Notes: generated by a model not told the origin, from the letters alone. A DNA stretch of 64,000 nucleotides from Alphaproteobacteria bacterium (GCA_026710105.1 JAPORR010000152.1:1196-65195); one strand, 5' to 3'. Shown: positions 37,417 through 48,374, counted from the stretch's first letter. Numbers and translations: made by a program.

Positions 37417-37868
37417 GGGCGCAACTCCTGAGGCTCGAAATCCTTGGGCTCGAAACGCGAGAAATCCTGCATCGGGGCCAGCATGTCGGCGAGTGTCACG
37501 GCTTCCAGCGCGCCCCGGACTGCATTATTGATTCGGTCCCAAGAGCCACGCAGCAGGCAGGTTGCCTCAATCGCACAGTCGCCACCGTCCACGCAGGCGG
37601 TGAGGGCGACCGGGCCGTCGACTGCCAGCACGATTTCGGCAACGGAAATGTCACCCGGCGGACGGTCAGCCGTGTAGCCGCCATGTGCGCCGCGAACCGA
37701 CGCCGCAAGCCCGGCATGGGCCAGCGCTTTCAGCACCTGCGACACGGTGGAGGCGGCAAGACCCGTCGCCTCGGCAAGCTCGCTGGCCGAGCGCGGCCGT
37801 TCGGGCTGGGACGCTAATTGTCCTAGGACGACAACGGCATAGTCATTCATCCGGCTCAGTCTCAACAT
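37413..37868 (-). CDS. Rrf2-family transcriptional regulator (suf/isc regulator type)
   Basis: [19 protein letters not shown]...[21 protein letters not shown]...RGAHGGY, with a Cys cluster ([16 protein letters not shown]). 4-nt overlap with sufB. Confidence 0.85.
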   Translation of the reverse strand: MLRLSRMNDYAVVVLGQLASQPERPRSASELAEATGLAASTVSQVLKALAHAGLAASVRGAHGGYTADRPPGDISVAEIVLAVDGPVALTACVDGGDCAIEATCLLRGSWDRINNAVRGALEAVTLADMLAPMQDFSRFEPKDFEPQELRP

Positions 37869-37874
37869 CGGCTT

Positions 37875-37926
37875 AATCCGTAGTCAATCACTCCGGATTG
37901 CAAATTGGACTGAAACGATACGGATT
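37875..37926. promoter_or_regulatory. AATCCG-N13-CGGATT inverted repeat plus a third CGGATT half-site just upstream of the Rrf2 regulator gene
   Basis: AATCCG at 37875-37880, CGGATT at 37894-37899 and CGGATT at 37921-37926. The first arm begins 7 nt from the Rrf2 start codon (37868). Calling it a candidate autoregulatory operator is inference. Confidence 0.25.
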
Positions 37927-38107
37927 TCAAGCCCTGTGTTGCGCGACGGAATGCCCGTGCCGCCGTGTGCCGCCGCCGCTATAAAGGGCCCCTATGGATA
38001 TTAGACGATCCTCGGCTATCTTGATGCTCGCTGTCTGCTCAGCTGGGCAGCGAGCACTCGATGTCTGAATCCGCCCTCGACAGCCAGGCAAGACAGCTTT
38101 GAAGCCC

Positions 38108-38842
38108 ATGTTCGATCTCAGCGGCAGAACCGCGCTGGTCACCGGCGCATCAGGCGGCATCGGCGCTGCAATCGCACGCGCCCTGGCAGCGCGGGGCGGC
38201 CGGGTCGGCCTCTCCGGCACTCGCGAGGCGGCACTGGAGGCATTGGCGGGGGAATTGGATGGCGCTGCGGTCTTGCCCTGTGACCTTGCCGACAGCGCAG
38301 CGGCGGACAGCCTTGCGGCGCGCGCAGAAGAGACGCTTGGGCCCCTCGACATTCTCGTGAGCAACGCCGGCGTCACGCGTGACGGGCTCTTCCTGCGCAT
38401 GCGCGACGAGGACTGGCAGACCGTGCTCGATCTCAACCTGACCGCCGGCTTCCGCCTTGCCCGCGCGGCACTGCGCGGCATGATGCGCCGCCGGCACGGG
38501 CGTATTATCGCCGTCTCTTCCGTGGTCGGTGTCATCGGAAATCCGGGCCAGGCCAATTATGCAGCCTCCAAGGCGGGCATGATCGGCATGGCCAAGGCCG
38601 TCGCGGCCGAGGTGGCGGGACGGGGCGTCACCGTCAATTGCATCGCACCCGGCTTCATCGATACCGCTATGACGCAGGACCTGAACGAGACACAGCGGAC
38701 CCAGGCCCTCGGGCGGGTGCCGGGCGGGCGCTTTGGCCGTCCCGAAGACGTGGCCGCTGCGGCGGTGTTCCTCGCCAGCGACGAGGCGGCCTACATCACG
38801 GGCCAGACCTTGCATGTGAACGGCGGCATGGCGATGATATGA
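38108..38842 (+). CDS. fabG: 3-oxoacyl-ACP reductase FabG
   Basis: MFDLSGRTALVTGASGGIG...NAG...YAASKAG...HVNGGMAM. I prefer ATG 38108 over the TTG at 38099. Confidence 0.9.
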   Translation: MFDLSGRTALVTGASGGIGAAIARALAARGGRVGLSGTREAALEALAGELDGAAVLPCDLADSAAADSLAARAEETLGPLDILVSNAGVTRDGLFLRMRDEDWQTVLDLNLTAGFRLARAALRGMMRRRHGRIIAVSSVVGVIGNPGQANYAASKAGMIGMAKAVAAEVAGRGVTVNCIAPGFIDTAMTQDLNETQRTQALGRVPGGRFGRPEDVAAAAVFLASDEAAYITGQTLHVNGGMAMI

Positions 38843-38993
38843 TGAGATTTTATATCGCCCGAGTTGGCGACCCGTTTTCACTTGGGCGCTGGCCCGCCTC
38901 CACAGGCTGTGCTAAGAGGCCGCCTCCCCGATGTCGGGGCCTGGAATCCGCAGCGGTAAGCCTGCAAGAACACTCCTGAAGGGAGGGGAATGA

Positions 38994-39227
38994 ATGAGCG
39001 ATATCGCCGATCGCGTTAAAAAAATCGTCGTGGAGCATCTCGGCGTGGACGAAGGCAAGGTCGTGGAAGGGGCGAGCTTTATCGACGACCTGGGCGCTGA
39101 CAGCCTCGATACGGTCGAGTTGGTGATGGCGTTCGAAGAGGAATTCGGCGTTGAGATTCCCGACGATGCAGCCGAGAAGATCGTGACAGTCAAGAACGCG
39201 ATCGACTATATCAACGAAAACGCTTGA
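38994..39227 (+). CDS. acpP: acyl carrier protein
   Basis: 77 aa with the [20 protein letters not shown] phosphopantetheine site. GGGAGGGG Shine-Dalgarno upstream. Confidence 0.95.
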   Translation: MSDIADRVKKIVVEHLGVDEGKVVEGASFIDDLGADSLDTVELVMAFEEEFGVEIPDDAAEKIVTVKNAIDYINENA

Positions 39228-39247
39228 CGCGGCCGGGGGAATTCGGC

Positions 39248-40510
<1,263 letters not shown>

Positions 40511-40516
40511 TCCTCA

Positions 40517-41488
40517 ATGCGCCGCCGCCGGCTTGCAGGCGTCCTCTTGGCGCTGCTGGCGGCGGGCACGGCCGGATTTGCCCTCCGAGCTTGGCAGGAT
40601 TTCAACACGCCCGGCCCGCTTGCCGAGACACGCCGGGTCGTCGTGCCGAAAGGTGCCGGTCTTGCTCCGCTGGCAAGTTTGCTTACCGAACGGGGCGTGC
40701 TGCGCGACGCGTTGGCCTTCCGCATTTTCGTGATTGTGGATGGCGCCCAGAACCGCCTGAAGGCGGGCGAATACGACTTCCCCGCCGGGGTCAGTGCCGC
40801 TTCGGTCCGCGACATGCTGGTGGCGGGCCGCACTGTCATACACCGCCTTACGGTGCCGGAAGGGCTCACCACCGCGGCCGTGCTGGAGCTCCTGCGGAAC
40901 ACCGAAAGGTTGGTCGGCGAATTGCCGAACCCCGGCGAAGGGCGGCTTCTGCCTGAGACCTACTATTACAGCTACGGCGACAGCCGCGCGGGCCTAGTGG
41001 CACGTATGCAGCGCGCCATGGATGAGGCGCTTGCGCGCTTGTTCCGTGCCCGCCCACCCGACTCACCGCTCAAGAGCGAGACCGAACTGCTCACCCTCGC
41101 CTCCATCGTCGAGAAAGAAACCGGTATGTCGGCAGAGCGCGCCCGAGTCGCAGGGGTGTTCATCAACCGCCTGAAGCGCCGCATGCGCCTCCAGACAGAT
41201 CCAACAGTTATCTATGCACTCACCGGCGGCCAGCCGCTCGGGCGGGCACTCACCCGCGCCGACCTCCGCTTGGACCACGCCTACAACACCTATCGCAACC
41301 ACGGGCTGCCGCCGGGCCCGATCGCTAATCCCGGCCTGGCGGCGCTTGAGGCGTCCGCGCGACCGGCGGACACGGACGCGCTCTATTTCGTCGCCGATGG
41401 CGCGGGCGGCCACCTCTTCGCACGCACCCTCCGGGAGCATAACCGCAATGTCGCGCGCTATCGCAAGCTATCGAGGCGCGCGCGGTGA
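40517..41488 (+). CDS. mltG: endolytic murein transglycosylase MltG (YceG-like)
   Basis: 323 aa with an N-terminal anchor. LASIVEKETG, GVFINRLKRRMRLQTDPTVIY, YNTYRNHGLPPGPIANPG. Confidence 0.85.
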   Translation: MRRRRLAGVLLALLAAGTAGFALRAWQDFNTPGPLAETRRVVVPKGAGLAPLASLLTERGVLRDALAFRIFVIVDGAQNRLKAGEYDFPAGVSAASVRDMLVAGRTVIHRLTVPEGLTTAAVLELLRNTERLVGELPNPGEGRLLPETYYYSYGDSRAGLVARMQRAMDEALARLFRARPPDSPLKSETELLTLASIVEKETGMSAERARVAGVFINRLKRRMRLQTDPTVIYALTGGQPLGRALTRADLRLDHAYNTYRNHGLPPGPIANPGLAALEASARPADTDALYFVADGAGGHLFARTLREHNRNVARYRKLSRRAR

Positions 41489-42324
41489 AGGGGCTGTCCT
41501 CCATGACCGGCTTCGCCGCTGCTGCCGGGTCTGACTGGCGCTGGGAGGCGCGTTCGGTCAATCATCGCGGTCTTGATTTGCGCCTGCGCCTGCCTGCAGG
41601 ACAGGATGCGCTGGAGCCGCTCACCCGCAAGGCTGCACAAGCCCGCCTCCAGCGCGGCAGTGTCACTCTGGAATTATGGTTCGACCAGGCCGAGGGGCAG
41701 CAGTGCTACCGCGTGAATGAGGCCTGGCTCGACGAACTGACGGCTGTAGCCGAACGCCGGGGCGGCGGCGGTATAGCCGGTCTTCTAGGCCTGCGCGGTG
41801 TGATCGAGGCGGCTGATGCAGAGCAGGGGGCGCGCGACGAGACGGCGCTGCTCGCGACTCTGGAAGAGGCACTGGACGGGCTTGTGGAAGTGCGGCGCGC
41901 AGAGGGCCGGGCGCTCGCGATCACGCTGGACGCGCATCTTCTCGCCATGAAGGCCAGCGCCCGCGCGGCCCGGGTCCATGCGGCGGCGCAGCCGGGCGCA
42001 CTCCAGGACCGGCTCGCGGCAGCGGTCGCGTCACTGGACACCGCGCTTCCTGAAGAGCGCCTCGCGCAAGAAATAGCGCTGCTCGCCGCGAAGGCGGATG
42101 TGCGCGAGGAACTCGACCGGCTGGATGCGCATCTGGAGGCGGTTTCGGCGCTTCTCGCGTCCGGCGAAGCGGTCGGCCGCAGGCTCGACTTCCTCTGCCA
42201 GGAAATCCACCGTGAGGCCAACACGCTCGGCTCCAAATCGGCAACACTGGAGCTCACCCGTATCGTGCTGGACCTCAAGGCCGCAATCGAAGCCTTTCGC
42301 GAGCAGGCACGGAATGTCGAATGA
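41485..42324 (+). CDS. yicC: YicC-family stress-induced protein
   Basis: SSMTGFA...RSVNHRGLDLRLRLP...REELDRLDAHL...LDFLCQEIHREANTLGSK. GTGA overlap with mltG. Confidence 0.8.
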   Translation: MKGLSSMTGFAAAAGSDWRWEARSVNHRGLDLRLRLPAGQDALEPLTRKAAQARLQRGSVTLELWFDQAEGQQCYRVNEAWLDELTAVAERRGGGGIAGLLGLRGVIEAADAEQGARDETALLATLEEALDGLVEVRRAEGRALAITLDAHLLAMKASARAARVHAAAQPGALQDRLAAAVASLDTALPEERLAQEIALLAAKADVREELDRLDAHLEAVSALLASGEAVGRRLDFLCQEIHREANTLGSKSATLELTRIVLDLKAAIEAFREQARNVE

Positions 42325-42965
42325 AGCCTGCTCTGTCCATAGCAACGCGTGGCCTGATGCTGGTGCTGTCATCGCCCTCCGGTGCTGGCAAAAGCACGAT
42401 CAGCCGCGCTGTGCTAGAGAGAGAGGAGAACATAGCGCTCTCCGTCAGCCTGACGACGCGCCCGTCCCGTAAGGGTGAGGTGGATGGCCGCGATTATATC
42501 TTTGTTGATGACGCCACCTTCCAGGAGATGATCGGCAGGGACGGTTTCCTTGAGCATGCCAATATATTCGGGCACCGCTACGGCACGCCGCGCGCGCCAG
42601 TCGAGGCGGCACTGGAGGAAGGGCGCGACATGCTGTTCGACATCGACTGGCAAGGCGTGCAGCAGATTGCCGAGAAGGCCCGGACCGACCTGGTCGGTGT
42701 TTTCGTGCTACCGCCGTCCATTGAGGAGTTGGAACGGCGCCTGCATGCCCGTGCCCAGGACAGCGCCGAGGTGGTGCGCGCGCGCATGGCCAAGGCGCTC
42801 GACGAGGTAAGCCACTATGCCGAATACGACTATGTCGTCATCAACAGGGACCTGGAGGCCGGTATTGAAGAAGTCCGTAGTATTCTCCGAGCCGAGCGCC
42901 GCAGGCGGACGCGGCAGACGGGCCTGACCGATTTCGTGAACGCACTCAGGGGAGAGAGGCGATGA
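42321..42965 (+). CDS. gmk: guanylate kinase
   Basis: LVLSSPSGAGKSTI...TTRPSRKGEVDGRDYIFV...YGT, the Gmk signature. ATGA overlap with yicC. Confidence 0.9.
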   Translation: MKPALSIATRGLMLVLSSPSGAGKSTISRAVLEREENIALSVSLTTRPSRKGEVDGRDYIFVDDATFQEMIGRDGFLEHANIFGHRYGTPRAPVEAALEEGRDMLFDIDWQGVQQIAEKARTDLVGVFVLPPSIEELERRLHARAQDSAEVVRARMAKALDEVSHYAEYDYVVINRDLEAGIEEVRSILRAERRRRTRQTGLTDFVNALRGERR

Positions 42966-43123
42966 ACGCTACGGCAAATCCCGCCCCCGGTTTCCTCAAG
43001 CGGCCAGACCACCGCATTGACATATTGACATTAAGCCGGCTGAAGGCTGGGTCGTGGTGACATTCGCAGTTCGCACGGTCGCCGACAGGGTTGATTCTAT
43101 CGAGGTCCTGCCCTGACGAGCAC

Positions 43124-44545
43124 TCAGCTGGCAGGATCCCTGGGGTCAATCGGTAGCAGGCTGTGCAGGCCAGCAGCCTCTTCGAACAGTACCGCCGCCT
43201 GCAGCAATTCTGCCTCGCCACGCGGACGGGCAACCAATTGCAGCCCGACGGGCCGTCCGTCCTCAGTGAAGCCGCAAGGAATGCTGATCGCCGGCGAGGA
43301 GGTGACCGATACGGCGCATTGCAGGCCCATCCAGTCCACATAATTGTCGAACTGGGTGTCGCCGATCCTGTCCACATAGCGCTGCTCGATCGGATAAGGT
43401 GGCACCGCCGCGGTCGGGCAGGCGAGCAGGTCAAACTCTGCGAAAAACGCTGCCATGCGCTGGAAGATCGCAGTCCGGGCGCACTCGGCTTGCGCGATTT
43501 CGGCCGCGGTGAGCGCCAGGCCCTTATCGTAATTCCAGAGGATTTCCGGCTTGAACTTGTCGCGATGCGCCTTCATCCGCTCCGCATGCTCGGTGACAAA
43601 CAGGGCGGCCCTGAGGGTGTGGAACGCCTCCATAGCCCCGGAGAAGTCCGGCGCATGCTCCTCTACGGAGACACCCATGTTCTCGAAATGGATCATGGCG
43701 CGGGCGCAGATGCCGCGTACTTGCGGATCGACCGGCATGAAGCCAAGATCGGGGCTGAAGGCGATGCGCCGGGGCGCCACTGGCGCGGCTAAGGCCTCGC
43801 GATAGGGCGTGGCCGGCGCGGGCCAGGAAAGCGGGTCGCGCGGGTCGAGCCCGGCCATGACATCAAGGAAGAGCGCCACGTCCGCGACATTGCGCGCCAT
43901 CGGGCCGTTCACCGCGAGGTAGTTGAAGCTGCCGTCCGAAGGCCCACGGGGCACGCGGCCCGGCGACGGGCGCAGGCCGACCACCGAACAGAAGGCGCCC
44001 GGCGTGCGGAGGCTGCCGCCGAGGTCTGATCCATGCGCGAGCCAGACCTGCCCTGTGGCAAGCGCCGCTGCCGCGCCGCCGGAGGAGCCTGCACAGGTAA
44101 GCGCGGTGTTCCAGGGGTTGCGGGTAGCGCCGAACACTTCGTTGAAGGTCTGCCCCCCGGCACCGAATTCGGGCGTGTTCGATTTCGCCAGCACGATGCC
44201 GCCCGCTGTCTCAATGCGCAGCACGGCGATATCGGATTCGGCCGGCACATGATCGGCATAGATAGGCGAGCCGTATGTGGTGCGTACGCCCGCCACTGGG
44301 TTCAGGTCTTTGATGGCGACTGGCAGGCCGGCCAGGAGGCCGCGCGCGGCCGGCGGGCGATCCATCAGCCTACGGGCGCGGTCACGCGCACGATCCGGCG
44401 CCAGCGTCGGCAGCGCATTGACCCAGCCGTCAACCGCCTCTATACGCGCCAACGCGGCGTCTATGGCGTCGAGCGGCGTGATGTCTCCGGCTTTGAGCCT
44501 GGCGATGGTGTCGCAGGCGGTCAGTCGGTATAGATCGTCGGACAT
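43124..44545 (-). CDS. amidase (amidase-signature family)
   Basis: 473 aa. GLPVAIKDL and the AS motif GGSSGGAAAALA preceded by RNPWN. Confidence 0.85.
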   Translation of the reverse strand: MSDDLYRLTACDTIARLKAGDITPLDAIDAALARIEAVDGWVNALPTLAPDRARDRARRLMDRPPAARGLLAGLPVAIKDLNPVAGVRTTYGSPIYADHVPAESDIAVLRIETAGGIVLAKSNTPEFGAGGQTFNEVFGATRNPWNTALTCAGSSGGAAAALATGQVWLAHGSDLGGSLRTPGAFCSVVGLRPSPGRVPRGPSDGSFNYLAVNGPMARNVADVALFLDVMAGLDPRDPLSWPAPATPYREALAAPVAPRRIAFSPDLGFMPVDPQVRGICARAMIHFENMGVSVEEHAPDFSGAMEAFHTLRAALFVTEHAERMKAHRDKFKPEILWNYDKGLALTAAEIAQAECARTAIFQRMAAFFAEFDLLACPTAAVPPYPIEQRYVDRIGDTQFDNYVDWMGLQCAVSVTSSPAISIPCGFTEDGRPVGLQLVARPRGEAELLQAAVLFEEAAGLHSLLPIDPRDPAS

Positions 44546-44610
44546 GAGGTCAGGTATCCGGTCTTTCGGAGCCGGAAACTTACCAATAGTTTACTGGCGC
44601 GTCGCGGCAT

Positions 44611-44638
44611 GATCGACTCTCTGCGATCGACTCTCTGC
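44611..44638. repeat. perfect 14-nt tandem duplication GATCGACTCTCTGC x2
   Basis: Read directly at 44611-44624 and 44625-44638, in the 140-nt divergent spacer between the amidase and the GldA-like ATPase. Confidence 0.9.
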
Positions 44639-44685
44639 CGCGCTGGCCGGAGCGGCCGGAAGAGGCCGACGGGATTGGGAACGCA

Positions 44686-45663
44686 ATGTTGGCGCTGGTA
44701 GCTGCACAGGGCCTGACGAAGCACTTCGGCACGCATGTGGCCGTGGACCGGGTGGATCTTGAGGTTGGAGCGGGCGAAGTGCTGGGCTTCCTGGGCCCCA
44801 ACGGCGCCGGCAAATCCACGACGATGAAGATGATTGCAGGGTTTCTTACCCCGACCGAGGGCCGCGCAGCGATCTGCGGCCATGATGTGACAGACGCTTC
44901 CATCCGGGCCAGGCGCAATCTCGGCTACTTGCCGGAAGGCGCGCCGCTCTACGGTGACATGACCGCCGGTGCCTTTCTCGCCTTCATCGCCGCCATGCGG
45001 GGCCTTTCCGGTCGTCCCGCCCGCGCCGCCATCGGGCTAGCGGTTGAGCGCACGGGGCTTGCGGAGGTGCTCGCCCAGCCCATTGACACGCTGTCCAAGG
45101 GGTTCAAGCGCCGCGTCGGTCTCGCCCAGGCGCTGCTGCACGATCCACCCGTGCTGATCCTGGACGAGCCGACCGACGGGCTCGACCCAAACCAGAAGCA
45201 TGAAATGCGCGCGCTCATCCGCGAAATCCGCCCCTCCAAGGCCATCGTTATCTCGACCCATATCCTGGAAGAGGTGGATGCCGTTTGCACGCGGGCGGCT
45301 GTCATTGCCGGTGGTCGACTGCTGGCGGACGCCGCGCCGACGGTTCTCGCTGCATGGTCGCCACTGCACAACGCCGTTTCGCTGACGCTTGACCTGCGCT
45401 TTGCCGATGCGGCAATTGCGGCAGTCGGGGGGCTGGACCGTGTCAAGACGGTCCGGCGCGATCCGGCGGGGCCAGACGCCGTGCGGCTGATCGCGGTTTC
45501 TCGTGACGGCGAGCCGATTCTTGCGGATGTCGGGTTGCTCATTCAAGCGCATGGCTGGGAGGTCCGTGACTTGCGGACCGAGACGGGGGCACTCGACGAC
45601 ATCTTCCGGCGCATGACACAAGCCGATGCAGAGCCCAATGCCGAGGCACCTGGGCATGATTAG
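44686..45663 (+). CDS. ABC transporter ATP-binding protein (ABC-2/GldA-like)
   Basis: GPNGAGKSTTMKMI, LSKGFKRRVGLAQAL, LILDEPTDGLD. Confidence 0.85.
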   Translation: MLALVAAQGLTKHFGTHVAVDRVDLEVGAGEVLGFLGPNGAGKSTTMKMIAGFLTPTEGRAAICGHDVTDASIRARRNLGYLPEGAPLYGDMTAGAFLAFIAAMRGLSGRPARAAIGLAVERTGLAEVLAQPIDTLSKGFKRRVGLAQALLHDPPVLILDEPTDGLDPNQKHEMRALIREIRPSKAIVISTHILEEVDAVCTRAAVIAGGRLLADAAPTVLAAWSPLHNAVSLTLDLRFADAAIAAVGGLDRVKTVRRDPAGPDAVRLIAVSRDGEPILADVGLLIQAHGWEVRDLRTETGALDDIFRRMTQADAEPNAEAPGHD

Positions 45664-46390
45664 CATAGCGCATGTCTTCCGCCGGGAATTCACCGGCTAT
45701 TTCATCACGCCGGTCGCTTATGTCTTCATCGTCATCTTCCTCGCGTTGGCGGCAGCGCTGACCTTCTATGTCGGCGCATTCTTCGAGCGCGGGCGGGCCG
45801 ACCTCCTGTCCTTCTTCCAGTGGCACCCTTGGCTTTACCTCTTCTTCATGCCGGCGATTTCGATGCGGCTATGGGCCGAAGAGCGCAAGACAGGCACTAT
45901 CGAGCTGTTCCTGACCCTGCCAGTCTCGACCGCGGCCGCTGTGGTCGGGAAGTTCTTGGCGGCTTGGACCTTCGCCGGGCTCGCGCTAGCGCTGACATTT
46001 CCGATCTGGCTCACGGTCAACTATTTGGGCGAACCGGACAACGGAGTCATTGCCGCCAGCTATATCGGCTCCTCCCTGCTCGCCGGCGCTTATCTCGCCA
46101 TTGGCTCCTGCTTATCCGCGCTCACCCGGAACCAGGTGGTCGCCTTCGTTCTGACGGTGACCGTGTGCTTCCTGTTCAATGTGCTAGGCGCCGGAGTCGT
46201 TCAGCCGCTTCTCGGTGACGCGGTGCCAGCGGCATTGCTGCAAACGATCGCCTCCTTCAGCCTGCTCAGCCATTTCAACAATATCGTCAAGGGCGTAATA
46301 GATCTGCGCGACCTCATCTATTACGCGCTCGCCATCGGCGTCTGGCTGGCCGCGGCCGCCATCGCTGTCGATCTGAAGAAGGCAGACTGA
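45656..46390 (+). CDS. ABC-2 type transporter permease (GldF-like)
   Basis: I prefer ATG 45656 (MISIAHVFRREFTGYFITPVAYVF), which overlaps the ATPase stop by 8 nt (45656-45663). Six hydrophobic segments, with EERKTGTIELFLTLP as the family motif. Confidence 0.8.
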   Translation: MISIAHVFRREFTGYFITPVAYVFIVIFLALAAALTFYVGAFFERGRADLLSFFQWHPWLYLFFMPAISMRLWAEERKTGTIELFLTLPVSTAAAVVGKFLAAWTFAGLALALTFPIWLTVNYLGEPDNGVIAASYIGSSLLAGAYLAIGSCLSALTRNQVVAFVLTVTVCFLFNVLGAGVVQPLLGDAVPAALLQTIASFSLLSHFNNIVKGVIDLRDLIYYALAIGVWLAAAAIAVDLKKAD

Positions 46391-46394
46391 AGGG

Positions 46395-48374
46395 ATGGCA
46401 GCGATGGGTCGTTTCCGGCAACGCCGGCTGTTCGCCCGGCTTGCCCTTATGCTGCTGGCGATCCTGTTCGTGGCCGGTGTTAGCCTGTCAGACCGGCTAC
46501 TGGTCCACGCTCGCCTCGACCTGACGGAGGAGGGTGCCTTCACGCTGGCAGAGGATTCGAAGCGTGTGGTCCAGGAAATCGACGAGCCGGTCGTGCTTCG
46601 CTTCTATTTCTCTAGCCGGCTCGCGCGGGAAATCCCTCAGATCGGCAATTATGCGCGCTATGTGCGCGACATCCTGGAGGAGTTCGCGGCGCTCTCCGAC
46701 GGCAAGATCGACCTTCAGGTCTTCGATCCCGAGCCCTTCTCTGATGCCGAGGACCGAGCCGATGCCTTCGGCCTTCAGGGTCTGCCTGTGGACCGCACGG
46801 GCGAGCGCGTCTTTTTCGGCCTTGCGGGAACCAATTCGACAGATGATGTGGAGTTGATCCCGTTTTTCGACGAAACGCGCGAGCGCGATCTCGAATACGA
46901 CATCGCCCGTGTCGTCCGCAGTCTCGCCAAACTGGAATTACCTGCCGTTGGGCTGATTACCGGCCTGCCGATCGCCGGCTCGCCGATGTCCCAGTCGGGT
47001 CGGGGCCGGAATGATGCCTGGACGATTTACAACCTGCTGCTCGAATCGGTGGATGTGCGCCAGATCGTCAGCACGACCACGGCCGTGCCGGAAGAAATCG
47101 ATGTCGTGCTGCTCGTGCATCCGAAGCGGCTTACCGACGAAACCCTCTATGCGCTCGACCAGTTCGTGCTGCGCGGCGGTAAGCTGCTTGTCTTCGTGGA
47201 CCCACATTCCGAAGGCGAGGCGCAGAACCCGGAATTCCTTCGCCGCGGGATGCCGCCCGACGGGTTTGCCTCCAATCTCGGGCGGCTGTTCGAGACCTGG
47301 GGCATAGAAATGCCGGGCGGCGAATTGGCAGGCGATACCGGTTTCGCGCGCCGGGTGCAGGTACCTGACCGGTCCAGGACGCGGTTGATGGCAGTGGACT
47401 ATCCGCTGTGGCTCAGCATCGATAAGCGGGGTTTCTCCCCCGAAGACTCCATTTCCGCCGGGCTTTCGTTGTTGAATATCGCCTCGCCCGGCCATATCCG
47501 GACGCTGGAGAGCGCCGGGGCCACGGTGACACCGCTGGTGACCACCTCGAAGGACGGCGGCACCGTTCCAGCGGCACTGCTCCAAGGCCCGGTCGATCCG
47601 GTTGCCGTGCTGCATGCCTTCGAGCCGGCTGAGGCGCCGCTGGTGCTTGCTGCCAGGCTGTCCGGTGAGGTGGAAAGCGCGTTTCCCGACGGACCGCCCG
47701 AACCGAAACCGAAGGATGACGGGGGTGAGGCGGGCGAAGGCAACGAGGCCGACAAAGAAGCCAAGGCTGCGTGGGAAGCTCTGAAAGCGAGCCATCTGGC
47801 GCGGTCGGCGGCACCGATGGATGTCATCGCAGTGACCGATGTCGATATGCTTTCGGACCCGATGTGGATGGTTGCAAGCCCGCTGGACAGTGGCCTCGCC
47901 GGCCGGGCCGTGGCCGACAACGCGGCCTTCTTCCTGAATGCGGTTGAGACCATGACCGGGCGTGACGACCTCTCCTCGCTGCGCTCGCGCGGCAGCTTCC
48001 AGCGCCCGTTCACCCTGGTGGAAGACATCCGGCGCCAGGCGGAAAGCAAGCACATTGCAAAGGAAAGAGAATTACTGGACCGCCTGGAGGAGGCGACGAA
48101 ACGGTTGAATCGGCTCGAGAGAGACTCTCCGGGTGAGGATCAGGTGGTGCTGACGCCGGGCCAGGCCGACTCGCTCAAGACGCTGCGCGCCGACATGATT
48201 CGGCTGCGCCGCGAACTCCGCGATGTTCAGCACCGGTTGCGTCGCGATGTCGAGGCGCTGGCCTCCTGGCTGACGCTTGTCAACATTGCACTCGTACCGG
48301 CCTTGGTCGCCATCTTTGCTGGGGTCGTTGCCTATGCCCGGCGTGCGCGCCGCCGCCCCGCGCAAGAGGGTTAG
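46395..48374 (+). CDS. GldG-like auxiliary component of an ABC-2 transport system
   Basis: 659 aa. N-terminal anchor, LDLTEEGAFTLAEDSKRVVQEIDEPVVLRFYFS, and a C-terminal coiled region plus anchor. This is the typical GldG-family layout. Confidence 0.75.
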   Translation: MAAMGRFRQRRLFARLALMLLAILFVAGVSLSDRLLVHARLDLTEEGAFTLAEDSKRVVQEIDEPVVLRFYFSSRLAREIPQIGNYARYVRDILEEFAALSDGKIDLQVFDPEPFSDAEDRADAFGLQGLPVDRTGERVFFGLAGTNSTDDVELIPFFDETRERDLEYDIARVVRSLAKLELPAVGLITGLPIAGSPMSQSGRGRNDAWTIYNLLLESVDVRQIVSTTTAVPEEIDVVLLVHPKRLTDETLYALDQFVLRGGKLLVFVDPHSEGEAQNPEFLRRGMPPDGFASNLGRLFETWGIEMPGGELAGDTGFARRVQVPDRSRTRLMAVDYPLWLSIDKRGFSPEDSISAGLSLLNIASPGHIRTLESAGATVTPLVTTSKDGGTVPAALLQGPVDPVAVLHAFEPAEAPLVLAARLSGEVESAFPDGPPEPKPKDDGGEAGEGNEADKEAKAAWEALKASHLARSAAPMDVIAVTDVDMLSDPMWMVASPLDSGLAGRAVADNAAFFLNAVETMTGRDDLSSLRSRGSFQRPFTLVEDIRRQAESKHIAKERELLDRLEEATKRLNRLERDSPGEDQVVLTPGQADSLKTLRADMIRLRRELRDVQHRLRRDVEALASWLTLVNIALVPALVAIFAGVVAYARRARRRPAQEG

